This document shows positions 23,947 through 32,000 of a DNA stretch of 32,000 bases, in pieces (position 1 is the stretch's first letter; each line of letters begins with the position of its first letter). The DNA lies in NCBI RefSeq assembly GCF_000014265.1, contig NC_008312.1:7290001-7322000 (forward strand), written 5' to 3'. The stretch is from Trichodesmium erythraeum IMS101. Lineage in GTDB: Bacteria; Cyanobacteriota; Cyanobacteriia; Cyanobacteriales; Microcoleaceae. The position numbers were made by a program, and so were the translations under genes. Under the pieces are notes generated by a model. That model searched no databases. It was not told where the DNA came from and saw nothing but the letters and a program-made list of their open reading frames with translations.

Positions 23947-24369
23947 GATATTTTTTACCATCATGATTTTATAGCTTGGTGTGAAGATACTGCTCCTAAA
24001 CTTAAAAGCAGAGAACTAGATGATTTAGATTCAATAGATTTAATTGAGAAGATAGAAAGTTTAGGAAAAAGCGAACGTCGGGAATTGAAAAATAGACTAA
24101 TAGCTTTCCTGGCTCATATTCTCAAACTAATGTATATTAATGCTCTTAAAAAATCCAATATATAGGAGATGACTACTATAGAATAACGAAAAAAAATTAA
24201 AAGTTTATTGCAAGATTATTCTAGTCTTAAACCCTATTTACGATAAATATTTATAGAAGTCTATGGTGATGCTTTAGATATTACTCGCGTGGAACATAAA
24301 CCGACATAATTTCTCCATATCTAGTAATTTGATTCTGATAAGAATACGCTGTTTTATCAAAATTACTAG
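23947..24369 (+). pseudogene. DUF29 family gene remnant with six internal in-frame stops and no frameshift
   Basis: A single frame reads DIFYHHDFIAWCEDTAPKLKSRELDDLDSIDLIEKIESLGKSERRELKNRLIAFLAHILKLMYINALKKSNI*EMTTIE*RKKIKSLLQDYSSLKPYLR*IFIEVYGDALDITRVEHKPT*FLHI**FDSDKNTLFYQNY*. This follows the DUF29 pattern: LYE.DFY.W...QA.LLR......LD..NL.EEIE.LG.SE.R.L.S.L..LL.HLLKW.YQP..RS.SW..TI.EQR..I..LL...PSLK.YL. Confidence 0.65.
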
Positions 24370-24885
24370 CAATAAAAATAAGTAAGTATTCGCTTGTCAG
24401 TTTTAGCTATTAATTAGTCGCCTTCTGAAGATATTAGCTACTGATATAAATAAAAAAAAAGAATGCAAAGGAGCTGCTGTAAATCTATATTCAAAAAGCC
24501 TTAGACTTTGCAGTAATTATTCAAATTTGTATAAAAACTTATAACTGATAATAGTATGAGAAAAGTTAATTATATTAATAACAACCAAACAAAACGATAT
24601 GCTTTTCCGGAATTGAGGCTCAAAATATTCTAAAATAGAGTCTGAAATTTAGTTTTTGGAGATATCTAATCTTAGTAATTTAAGACTAATATCATACCAG
24701 GCTGGAAAAAAGAATATTATATTTTATTGAGATTATAACAGAGAGCACAGTTGAAGAATAATCTCTTACTTATTTATTACTTAGATAACAGAAGTCTTGA
24801 GCAAGGCCTTACGTTATTTTGATAAATTTTTATTATTAACTATAATATAAAATATATGTAAAATCATATTAACTAAAGGTTAAAT

Positions 24886-25557
24886 ATGCAAAATATGAAT
24901 TTAGAACAAATATCAGTTCAACTAGATAGCGAAAATTCTCGTGATCGCCTCCTTGCTCTTGCCCATCTAAGAGAAGTATCTGCTACTGAAGCAGTTCCTC
25001 TTATCAAAAAAGTATTGTATGATTCTAACTTACCAGTACGCTCTATGGCAGTATTTGCGCTGGGCCTAAAACAGACAGAGGAATGCTACCCAATTTTAGT
25101 AGAATTACTAGAAAAAGATCCAGATTATGGTGTCCGTGCTGATGCAGCAGGAGCTTTAGGCTATCTGGGAGATGTTAGAGCATTTAAACCTTTAGCCCAA
25201 GCATTTTACCAAGATACCAGTTGGTTAGTACGTTTCAGTGCAACAGTTGCTTTGGGAAACCTCAGAGATCAACGTGCCCATGATTTATTGATAGAAGCGT
25301 TAGACAGTCAGGAGTTAGTAATACAACAAGCAGCGATCGCTGCTTTAGGAGAAATTGGAGACTTAAAAGCTGTAGATCATATTCTTAAGTTTGCCCTTTC
25401 GGAAGATTGGTTGATCCGTCAAAATTTAGCAAAAGCTTTAGGAAATATATCTATTCCTAAGAGTATATCTGCCTTGAAATATTTAGAAAAAGATACTCAT
25501 CCTCAAGTATCTCAAGCAGCAAGCATTTCTCTACAACATTTACTCAAACTTAGTTGA
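24886..25557 (+). CDS. HEAT-repeat protein (PBS lyase HEAT-like repeats)
   Basis: 223 aa made of repeated units of the form L...L.D.D..VR..AA.ALG..GD..A...L. Examples are DSNLPVRSMAVFALG, DPDYGVRADAAGALGYLGDVRA, TSWLVRFSATVALGNLRD, QELVIQQAAIAALGEIGDLKAV and EDWLIRQNLAKALGNI. Confidence 0.85.
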   Translation: MQNMNLEQISVQLDSENSRDRLLALAHLREVSATEAVPLIKKVLYDSNLPVRSMAVFALGLKQTEECYPILVELLEKDPDYGVRADAAGALGYLGDVRAFKPLAQAFYQDTSWLVRFSATVALGNLRDQRAHDLLIEALDSQELVIQQAAIAALGEIGDLKAVDHILKFALSEDWLIRQNLAKALGNISIPKSISALKYLEKDTHPQVSQAASISLQHLLKLS

Positions 25558-25892
25558 ATAACCCTGCTCTTCATTGGAACTCTATTTGGGATATATCTAA
25601 ACATAGAGCGGGAAATAGACAAATGGAGTACACCATTAGTCTTTTTTAATGTTTTTTTGTATTGCTGAGACTGCTCTATAAAACTGATAAAAAGCTTCAG
25701 GTAAGGTAAAAATTTTATTTATACAGAGGTATAGCACTACGTTAATTATTTAGGAAATATAATCATTACTAATTAATTGGACCATAATAAACACTATTCC
25801 TGCACCCTATAACTACCCTATAACTATAGATTTAGGAAAAAAAGATTTACGGAGTTTGAAACAGTAATATAAAACTAAATTCGGTAAGCCCT

Positions 25893-25933
25893 AAAAAAAT
25901 AAAAAACACTCTCCATAAATGAAGAGTGTTTTT
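25893..25933 (-). terminator. Intrinsic terminator downstream of psbA (possibly bidirectional)
   Basis: 11-bp stem AAAAACACTCT (25902-25912) / AGAGTGTTTTT (25923-25933) with a 10-nt loop. On the psbA strand it is followed by TATTTTTTT. It lies 18 nt beyond the psbA stop codon. Confidence 0.6.
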
Positions 25934-25950
25934 ATTACCTAACTAAGAAA

Positions 25951-27012
25951 TTAACCCTTAATAGAAGGTGCTTCTACTGCTGCTAGATCTAGAGGGAAGT
26001 TGTGAGCGTTACGCTCGTGCATTACTTCCATTCCTAAGTTAGCGCGGTTAATGATATCTGCCCAAGTATTGATTACGCGACCGCTGGAATCAATGATGGA
26101 CTGGTTGAAGTTGAAACCGTTTAAGTTGAAGGCCATTGTGCTCACACCTAATGCTGTGAACCATATTCCTACTACTGGCCATGCTCCTAAGAAAAAGTGC
26201 AAGGAACGGCTGTTGTTGAATGAAGCATATTGGAAGATTAAACGACCGAAGTAGCCATGAGCTGCTACGATGTTGTAAGTTTCTTCCTCTTGACCGAACT
26301 TGTAACCGTAGTTCTGAGACTCAGTTTCAGTTGTCTCACGTACTAAGGAAGATGTTACCAAGCTTCCGTGCATTGCACTGAATAAAGAACCACCAAATAC
26401 ACCAGCTACACCTAGCATGTGGAATGGGTGCATTAAGATGTTGTGCTCTGCTTGGAATACAATCATGAAGTTGAATGTACCAGAGATTCCTAAAGGCATT
26501 CCATCGGAGAAGCTTCCTTGACCGATAGGATAGATTAAGAATACTGCTGTTGCTGCTGCTACTGGTGCAGAATAAGCTACACAGATCCAAGGACGCATAC
26601 CTAAGCGGTAAGATAATTCCCACTCACGACCCATATAAGTAAAGATACCAATGAGGAAGTGGAAAATTACTAGCTGGTATGGGCCACCGTTGTATAGCCA
26701 CTCATCTAAGCTAGCTGCTTCCCAAATAGGGTAGAAGTGTAAACCAATAGCGTTGGAAGAAGGTACTACTGCACCGGAAATTATGTTGTTTCCGAACATT
26801 AGAGAACCAGCTACAGGTTCGCGGATACCGTCGATGTCTACAGGAGGAGCTGCTACAAATGCAATGATGTAACAGATGGTTGCAGTTAAGAGAGTAGGGA
26901 TCATTAATACACCGAACCAACCTACATATATGCGGTTGTCTGTGCTTGTTACCCAACTACAAAACCTTTCCCATACGTTAGCGTTTTCACGCTGTTGTAA
27001 AGTAGTGGTCAT
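25951..27012 (-). CDS. psbA: Photosystem II reaction-centre protein D1
   Basis: 353 aa, unmistakable D1 sequence throughout ([18 protein letters not shown]..., [72 protein letters not shown]). Residue 130 is Glu. The C-terminal extension after Ala344 is 9 residues (AVEAPSIKG). Confidence 0.98.
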
Positions 27013-27072
27013 ATTTATAATTGCTATTTATTTTTCAAGATTCTCGGTAGCGTTTTTGCTACCTTGAATACC

Positions 27073-27101
27073 ATATTAATTAGTTAACATAGTTTTGTAA
27101 A
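27073..27101 (-). promoter_or_regulatory. Candidate sigma-70-type psbA promoter
   Basis: The minus strand reads TTTACA (27101-27096), a 17-nt spacer, then TAATAT (27078-27073). The -10 element lies about 60 nt upstream of the psbA ATG. A GGTAGC-N6-GCTACC hairpin (27047-27064) sits in the predicted 5' UTR. Sequence match only; the region is AT-rich. Confidence 0.45.
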
Positions 27102-27336
27102 GGGTTTTCAGAAAAGTATGTTTAAATTTTTTAATAAGTTATACTTATATTTTTTCTTTGGACTTTCAGTAGAGGTAACTATATATATGTTGAAGAGATT
27201 AAAAAGTCATAAATTAGAGATACTCAAATTAACTTAAACTTAGAGAGGGAAAGATTTTGAGATTAGATACTTAGTCGTCCTCTCACCTTTATAGCTGAAC
27301 CTGCCCCTACTACATTATTAATCTTGTAATCTTGAA

Positions 27337-27684
27337 TTAGCCTGGAGGCCACTGCATTGGACGACCTCCAAGAATATGAAGATGTAAATGAAATACGGTT
27401 TGACCAGCATCTATCCCATTATTAATAACCACACGATAGCCATTTTGTAGTCCTTGCTCTTGTGCAACCTGCTTTGCTGTTAACAATAAGTTTCCCATCA
27501 AAATGTGGTCTTCAGATGTGGCATTGGCTAAATTGGGGATAGGCTTTTTCGGAATTACCAGGATATGAATAGGAGCTTGAGGATTAATATCTTTGAAAGC
27601 CAAGGTTGTTTCATCCTCATAAATAATATCCGCTGGAATTTCCCGCCGTATAATCTTACTGAAAATAGTGTCTTGCTCGCTCAT
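27337..27684 (-). CDS. Histidine triad (HIT) family nucleotide hydrolase
   Basis: 115 aa. IFSKIIRREIPADIIYEDETTLAFKDINPQAPIHILVIPKK and the HIT motif HLHLHILGG. Confidence 0.92.
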   Translation of the reverse strand: MSEQDTIFSKIIRREIPADIIYEDETTLAFKDINPQAPIHILVIPKKPIPNLANATSEDHILMGNLLLTAKQVAQEQGLQNGYRVVINNGIDAGQTVFHLHLHILGGRPMQWPPG

Positions 27685-27741
27685 TTATCAATTTCAAACA
27701 ACTTGTTATACAAATTTAAGAATACATAAAAATATGGGAAT

Positions 27742-29271
27742 ATGCTAGCTAGAGTATGGAGTGCATCAATAATAGGCATTGAGGCCATCAAAGTAGGTGT
27801 TGAAGTTGATGTATCTGGGGGACTGCCAAAAGTTGTCGTTGTAGGGTTACCAGATGCAGCAGTTCAAGAATCAAAGGAGAGAGTTAAAGCCACTTTGAAA
27901 AATTGTGGTTATTATTTTCCAATGCGGAAAATTCTTGTCAATCTTACCCCCGCAGATTTACGCAAAGAAGGCCCAAGTTTTGATTTACCTATTAGTATAG
28001 GAATTTTAGCTGCCTCTGAACAAGTCAAACCAGATTTGCTTGGGGACCATCTATTTTTAGGAGAAGTTTCTCTTGATGGTACATTACGACCAGTTGCTGG
28101 AGTTTTACCTATTGCTGCTGCTGCCCACAAAATGGGAATTACTGGTTTAGTTGTGCCTACTGGCAATGTTAAAGAAGCGGCAGTAGTGAAAGGGTTATCG
28201 GTTTATGGATTTGATAATATTTTTAATGTTACAGATTTTTTAAATAGTCCCACAAGCTTTTCTCCTGTAGAAATAAATACTGCCGACATTTTGGCCAAAC
28301 GAAAATTTACAGGTTTAGATTTAAAAGAGGTTAAAGGACAAAATCATGCCCGTCGCGCTTTGGAAATAGCTGCTGCTGGTGGGCATAACTTGATTTTTGT
28401 GGGACCCCCTGGTAGTGGGAAAACCATGTTGGCCCGACGCTTACCGGGAATTTTGCCTCCGTTGAGTTTTGAGGAAGCCTTGGAAGTAACTCAAATTTAT
28501 TCGGTGGCCGGGTTGTTGAAAGATAGGGGGAGTTTGGTGAGCGATCGCCCGTTTCGCAGTCCTCATCATTCGGCATCGGGACCCTCTTTGGTTGGTGGGG
28601 GAAGTTTTCCGCGACCAGGGGAAATATCTTTATCTCACAGGGGGGTATTATTTTTAGATGAGTTAACGGAATTTAATCGCAATGTTTTGGAATATTTGCG
28701 TCAACCTTTGGAAGATGGGTTGGTGACCATATCCCGCACCAGACTTTCGGTAGAATTTCCCGCTCAGTTTACTTTGGTTGCGAGTACAAACCCTTGTCCG
28801 TGCGGTTATTATGGGGACCCTATTCAACAATGCACTTGTTCCCCAAGACAACGAGAGCAATATTGGAGCAAACTTTCAGGACCGTTGATGGATAGGATAG
28901 ATTTACAGGTGATGGTAAGTCGGTTGAAACCGGAGGAAATTACTAGACAGGAAACTGGAGAAAGTTCAGTAGATGTAAGGGAAAGGGTGAGAGTCGCACG
29001 TGATCGCGCTCAATATCGATTTCGGGAAGAGACTGGTTTAAATTGTAATGCTCAGATGCAGAGTCGTCATTTTCACAAGTGGTGTAAGTTGGATGATAGT
29101 AGTCGCAGTTTATTGGAGGGGGCAATTAGAAAATTAGGTTTGTCAGCAAGAGCCAGCGATCGAATTTTAAAGGTAGGGAGAACTATTGCCGACTTAGCAG
29201 GTGATGAGGAGTTAAAACCTGCTTATGTAGCTGAAGCTATTCAGTATAGGACAATTGATAGAATGCATTGA
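27742..29271 (+). CDS. YifB/ComM family Mg-chelatase-like AAA+ ATPase
   Basis: 509 aa. N-terminal Lon-protease-like domain (G.EA..V.VEVD...GLP...VVGLPD.AV.ESKERV). Walker A GPPGSGKTMLA. Walker B GVLFLDEL. Zn-ribbon-like PCPCGYYGDP..QCTCS. C-terminal RA.DRILKV.RTIADL tail. Confidence 0.93.
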   Translation: MLARVWSASIIGIEAIKVGVEVDVSGGLPKVVVVGLPDAAVQESKERVKATLKNCGYYFPMRKILVNLTPADLRKEGPSFDLPISIGILAASEQVKPDLLGDHLFLGEVSLDGTLRPVAGVLPIAAAAHKMGITGLVVPTGNVKEAAVVKGLSVYGFDNIFNVTDFLNSPTSFSPVEINTADILAKRKFTGLDLKEVKGQNHARRALEIAAAGGHNLIFVGPPGSGKTMLARRLPGILPPLSFEEALEVTQIYSVAGLLKDRGSLVSDRPFRSPHHSASGPSLVGGGSFPRPGEISLSHRGVLFLDELTEFNRNVLEYLRQPLEDGLVTISRTRLSVEFPAQFTLVASTNPCPCGYYGDPIQQCTCSPRQREQYWSKLSGPLMDRIDLQVMVSRLKPEEITRQETGESSVDVRERVRVARDRAQYRFREETGLNCNAQMQSRHFHKWCKLDDSSRSLLEGAIRKLGLSARASDRILKVGRTIADLAGDEELKPAYVAEAIQYRTIDRMH

Positions 29272-29418
29272 TACTTCCTTTCCTCAGAGTCTGGAGATTC
29301 TTAAACAATCCAAAATTTGACTCTTAAAAACATTATTAAAATGCCTTTACTAACTCCTTTAAGATTTTCTCTTAAAGGGGTTAATACTTTTCTCAGAATT
29401 AGCTGCACTATTAACGTC

Positions 29419-29623
29419 TTAAATTGTTCTACGATAGTACATAGTGTCAAAAGTATCGGTGAAAGTTTGTAGGCATTCAGGATAATAATATCGTTGACAA
29501 CATTACTGGTCTTTCCATGTTCATGAGTTTTCTGATAGCCACATAGAGGGCATTCCATGATAATAGAAAGTATTTAAGGACAACAATTACATTACCATTC
29601 CCACACTTTCTTGATGCACTACC
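29419..29623 (-). mobile_element. 5' end fragment (~205 bp) of the IS1-family element, with a terminal IR
   Basis: The reverse complement starts GGTAGTGCATCAAGAAAGTGTGGGAATGGTAAT and is about 90% identical to 14119-14323, including the MECPLCGYQKT start and the same out-of-frame zinc-finger continuation. Similarity ends abruptly near 29419. Track ORF 29301..29558 is a chimera of this fragment and unrelated sequence. Confidence 0.7.
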
Positions 29624-29690
29624 AATACTTCTATAATTCTCTGTTCAAGAAAACGTAGAAAAGTTTTTAAGAAATGGTATTAGCTATGCT

Positions 29691-30278
29691 TTATCTGACA
29701 ATTCGCCAGAGGGTACGGTTGTAATAATTGGCATCAGCTCCTACAATATCAGGACTTTTTAGCCAGCCTCCCTATTCACCAGGCTTTCCCTGAAATATAG
29801 GTCCATCAGAGAACAGATACCTGTGGGTCTCTTTATTTTTAATCAAACAAGTATCTGTATCAAATTTTTCGAGATACCAGACGGCACGATCATAATAATT
29901 GGCATCAGCTCCTACAATATCAGGACTTTTTAGTCAACCTCCCTCATCACCAGGACTTCCCTCAAATATAGGTCCAGAAGAAAACGCTAACCTATTCGTC
30001 TGTTTATTTCTGATTACAATACTACCCTGTCGCTTTTCAAGATACCAGAGGGCACGATCGTAATAATTGGCATCAGCTCCTACAATATCAGGACTTTTTA
30101 GCCAGCCTCCCTCATCACCAGGCTTGCCAATTGGAACTCCAGGAGAGAACAGAAGCCTGTGGGTCTCATCATTTTTAATTGTGACTTGCTTGTTGACTAT
30201 GTCATTTATATCATCAAAACATGCAAGAGCATGAGGTTGACTAATGTTCAAGCAGGTAAATGCCATTATTACTGACAT
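29691..30278 (-). pseudogene. Remnant of a secreted protein built from three 56-57-aa repeats, with two in-frame stops and the 3' end abutting an IS fragment
   Basis: 168-171-nt repeats (TAATAATTGGCATCAGCTCCTACAATATCAGGACTTTTTAG at 30061, 29893 and 29722). Each unit has the form W(Y)LEK...I.NK.T.R.LFS.GP....PGDEGGWLKSPDIVGADANYYDRA. The frame is preserved through TGA at 29934-29936 (TGG in the other copies) and TAG at 29772-29774 (GAT GAG has become GAA TAG). There is a hydrophobic N-terminus, MSVIMAFTCLNISQPHALA. Confidence 0.6.
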
Positions 30279-30395
30279 TAGCCATGTTAATGTTCCCTTT
30301 ATACTTTCCTAATTATCCTAATCAAATATGTACTAAACTCACACTTTATAGCAAAGATATACTACGATAGTATTTTTAACCAAGGTTGAGGAATT

Positions 30396-30558
30396 TAGGG
30401 TTTAGCCGTAGGTTTTAACTTTTTTGTTTTTGTGAATAACCCATATAAAAGCTATTTGTCAAGACTCAAAAAAAAAATAGGGTTTAGCCGTAGGTTTTAA
30501 CTTTTTTGTTTTTGTGAATAACCCATATAAAAGCTATTTGTCAAGACTCAAAAAAAAA
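30396..30558. repeat. Perfect 82-bp tandem duplication in an intergenic spacer
   Basis: TAGGGTTTAGCCGTAGGTTTTAACTTTTTTGTTTTTGTGAATAACCCATATAAAAGCTATTTGTCAAGACTC plus a poly-A run occurs at 30396-30477 and again at 30478-30558. The copies are identical except for A-run length (10 versus 9). The second copy runs into T7. Confidence 0.9.
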
Positions 30559-30746
30559 TTTTTTTAATCTGCTAATCTAGTAACAGGGAAGATTTTTTGT
30601 TCTATTTTACTATAACGACATCTCAAATTTACTAATTTTTAGCTGAGGAAAATAACCTCAAAAAAAGAAAATTAAAACAAGTACAAATATTCAATAAATT
30701 CTATAATTTTACTGGGGAAATTGGTATCTGAATCTAATACCTTCTT

Positions 30747-31964
30747 TTACCAACCAAATTTTATACCCAGATATTCCTCTAAACGCTGATTATGAGACTG
30801 AAAATAATCGTTTAATTTTTGTCGAAGTGATTTACTAATAGACGCATAAGAAGCAGCATTAAATTTTGGATAATCTTGTATTTGATAATCTGGCAAATCT
30901 AGAAAATTGAAAACTTGCTTCATTATGGTTTTTGGCTGACTATAAAATTTTTCACTAGGCAAAATTAATAATTGTTCTCTGGGAAAAATATTCAACCATT
31001 TCTTCAGCCAATCTAAATAAATACTAGAAGCTATATAATCTCCCTGATAATTCCAATAATCTTTTTCTGTGATAAAACTAGATGAAATTTTGTTCAGTTT
31101 TTCCAGCCTAGAATTAATTACCTCTTCAATAGACATGCTCTCTGCTTGTGAACGTACTTCATGATAGTAATTAGATATAGTTCTATCCACTGGATTTCTT
31201 AATAAAACAATTAGTTTAATTCTGGGGAAAAAATGAAATAGTCTAGCGGGAACATCTGGAGCATCAAAATAACTAGGACTTGCTTCTCCAGTTAAGTATT
31301 TTTCTGACTCTGGAATTGATGGAAAATGTGCCCGATACCAATCTAAACCTCGATGGAAATAGAAAGACCAAAAATCAATTTCTTTTTTGATTCCAGGTAA
31401 AATTTGTGGATGTTGAATTAGATAATGATAAATAGATGTAGTTCCTCCTTTCTTAACTCCAATTACTAGAAAATTAGGTCCTAATATTTGAGGGGACTTT
31501 TGGGATTTTAGAAAAAAGTTAGGATAGTTTTGTTGAATTTGTTGTTGAGAAGCATTTTGATAAATTTCTAGTGCTTCAGTATTTCTATTTACTTGAGTTA
31601 GAGCTTCAGCTAAATTGAGATAACGACAGAGTGAGTTATTTGGAAAACTAATAAATTCTTGAAACAAATCAACTATTTTTTGGAGTTTATCTTGCTTTCT
31701 AAAAGTTTCCCACAGACGAATATCAGACCACCAAGCAAAATCAGGATTAATTTCTATAGCACGATGGTAGATTATGGTAGCTTCTAACCATTTTTGTTGT
31801 TTAGTTAATGCTAATCCTAGGTGATAGTAAGATTGACTATTTCCGTCAGTTTTAACGGCAGAATAAAATGAATTTAGCTGTTGTTCTAGTTGATTTTTTT
31901 GCCGGAATATCTGGTCAAGTTGCTGATGAATATTTATTTGAATGGGTAATATTTCTAGCAACAA
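30747..31964 (-). CDS. TPR-repeat / sulfotransferase-domain protein, 5' end possibly outside the window
   Basis: The C-terminal half has the PAPS-binding motifs of sulfotransferases: FLVIGVKKGGTTSIYHYL (5'-PSB) and VLLRNPVDRTISNYYH (3'-PB). The N-terminal half is TPR-like (YYHLGLALTKQQKWLEATIIYHRAIEINPDFAW, EALEIYQNA). The track start at 31964 is TTG, and the frame stays open upstream to position 32000. Confidence 0.85.
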   Translation of the reverse strand: MLLEILPIQINIHQQLDQIFRQKNQLEQQLNSFYSAVKTDGNSQSYYHLGLALTKQQKWLEATIIYHRAIEINPDFAWWSDIRLWETFRKQDKLQKIVDLFQEFISFPNNSLCRYLNLAEALTQVNRNTEALEIYQNASQQQIQQNYPNFFLKSQKSPQILGPNFLVIGVKKGGTTSIYHYLIQHPQILPGIKKEIDFWSFYFHRGLDWYRAHFPSIPESEKYLTGEASPSYFDAPDVPARLFHFFPRIKLIVLLRNPVDRTISNYYHEVRSQAESMSIEEVINSRLEKLNKISSSFITEKDYWNYQGDYIASSIYLDWLKKWLNIFPREQLLILPSEKFYSQPKTIMKQVFNFLDLPDYQIQDYPKFNAASYASISKSLRQKLNDYFQSHNQRLEEYLGIKFGW

Positions 31965-32000
31965 GTAATAAATAATTATGGCTCCATAAATTTGATTTTT

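Noticed and set aside
26051-27067. ORFs 26051..26254, 26336..26623, 26711..26956 and 26876..27067 within or over psbA.
   Set aside because: They are alternative-frame or antisense ORFs nested in psbA, one of the most conserved genes known. There is no independent support for them.
27912-29125. Antisense ORFs 27912..28166, 28331..28576, 28663..28860 and 28943..29125.
   Set aside because: They are nested antisense in the YifB/ComM gene and have no motifs.
29301-29558. 85-aa minus-strand ORF starting MECPLCGYQKT.
   Set aside because: Only its first ~45 codons derive from the IS1-type zinc-finger region, and that part is already out of frame relative to the ancestral protein. The rest reads through the truncation point into unrelated sequence. 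Annotated instead as an IS fragment.
30396-30558. CRISPR array or satellite interpretation of the 82-bp direct repeats, and of the 168-171-bp repeats at 29700-30120.
   Set aside because: The 82-bp units are directly abutting with no spacers and only two copies. The 168-171-bp repeats are in-frame coding repeats. No cas genes are present. No other regularly spaced short repeats were seen anywhere in the window.
1-32000. A novel multi-gene system (defence island, toxin-antitoxin, retron/DGR, secretion operon) and RNA genes (tRNA, rRNA, group II intron domain V).
   Set aside because: Gene order is a mosaic of unrelated housekeeping-type genes in mixed orientation, separated by long spacers. No nuclease, reverse transcriptase, methylase, toxin-like or T1SS component ORF is present. 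The only AAA+ protein is a canonical YifB/ComM. I found no T-loop or anticodon-arm-like GC-rich cloverleaf candidates and no domain V-like hairpin. The AGCCGTAGG in the 82-bp repeat does not fold as one.

Overview
AT-rich cyanobacterial chromosome segment, identified by psbA (D1), a PBS-lyase-type HEAT-repeat protein and at least 7 HIP1 palindromes (GCGATCGC at 13083, 14770, 16606, 18608, 23523, 25333, 28541). Eleven credible intact CDSs cover about 61% of the window, and only about 43% outside one 10.3-kb gene. The remainder is AT-rich spacer containing gene remnants (nadA, DUF29, an FAD-monooxygenase paralog, a three-repeat secreted protein), fragments of one IS1-family element, a ~130-nt MITE-like repeat family and several local duplications. 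This profile resembles Trichodesmium-type filamentous cyanobacteria, but that is inference only and no search was run. The most unusual item is the 3433-aa ORF (384..10685). It combines a DUF4347 N-terminus, near-identical 252-aa tandem repeats, 55 or so RTX nonapeptides in three blocks, a Calx-beta-like segment and two tandem AapJ-type amino-acid-binding domains fused in frame. Other intact genes are ordinary: an inositol monophosphatase family protein, a DUF938 methyltransferase-like protein, an FAD monooxygenase, a cupin-type phosphomannose isomerase, an MscS-family channel, a HEAT-repeat protein, psbA, a HIT protein, a YifB/ComM ATPase and a TPR-sulfotransferase. I found no tRNA, rRNA, CRISPR array, reverse transcriptase, group II intron, toxin-antitoxin pair or recognisable defence operon. 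I cannot support a claim of a new multi-gene system here. The novelty candidates are the giant protein's architecture and the small repeat and remnant families in the spacers. All homology statements come from motif recognition by eye and need HMM or BLAST confirmation.
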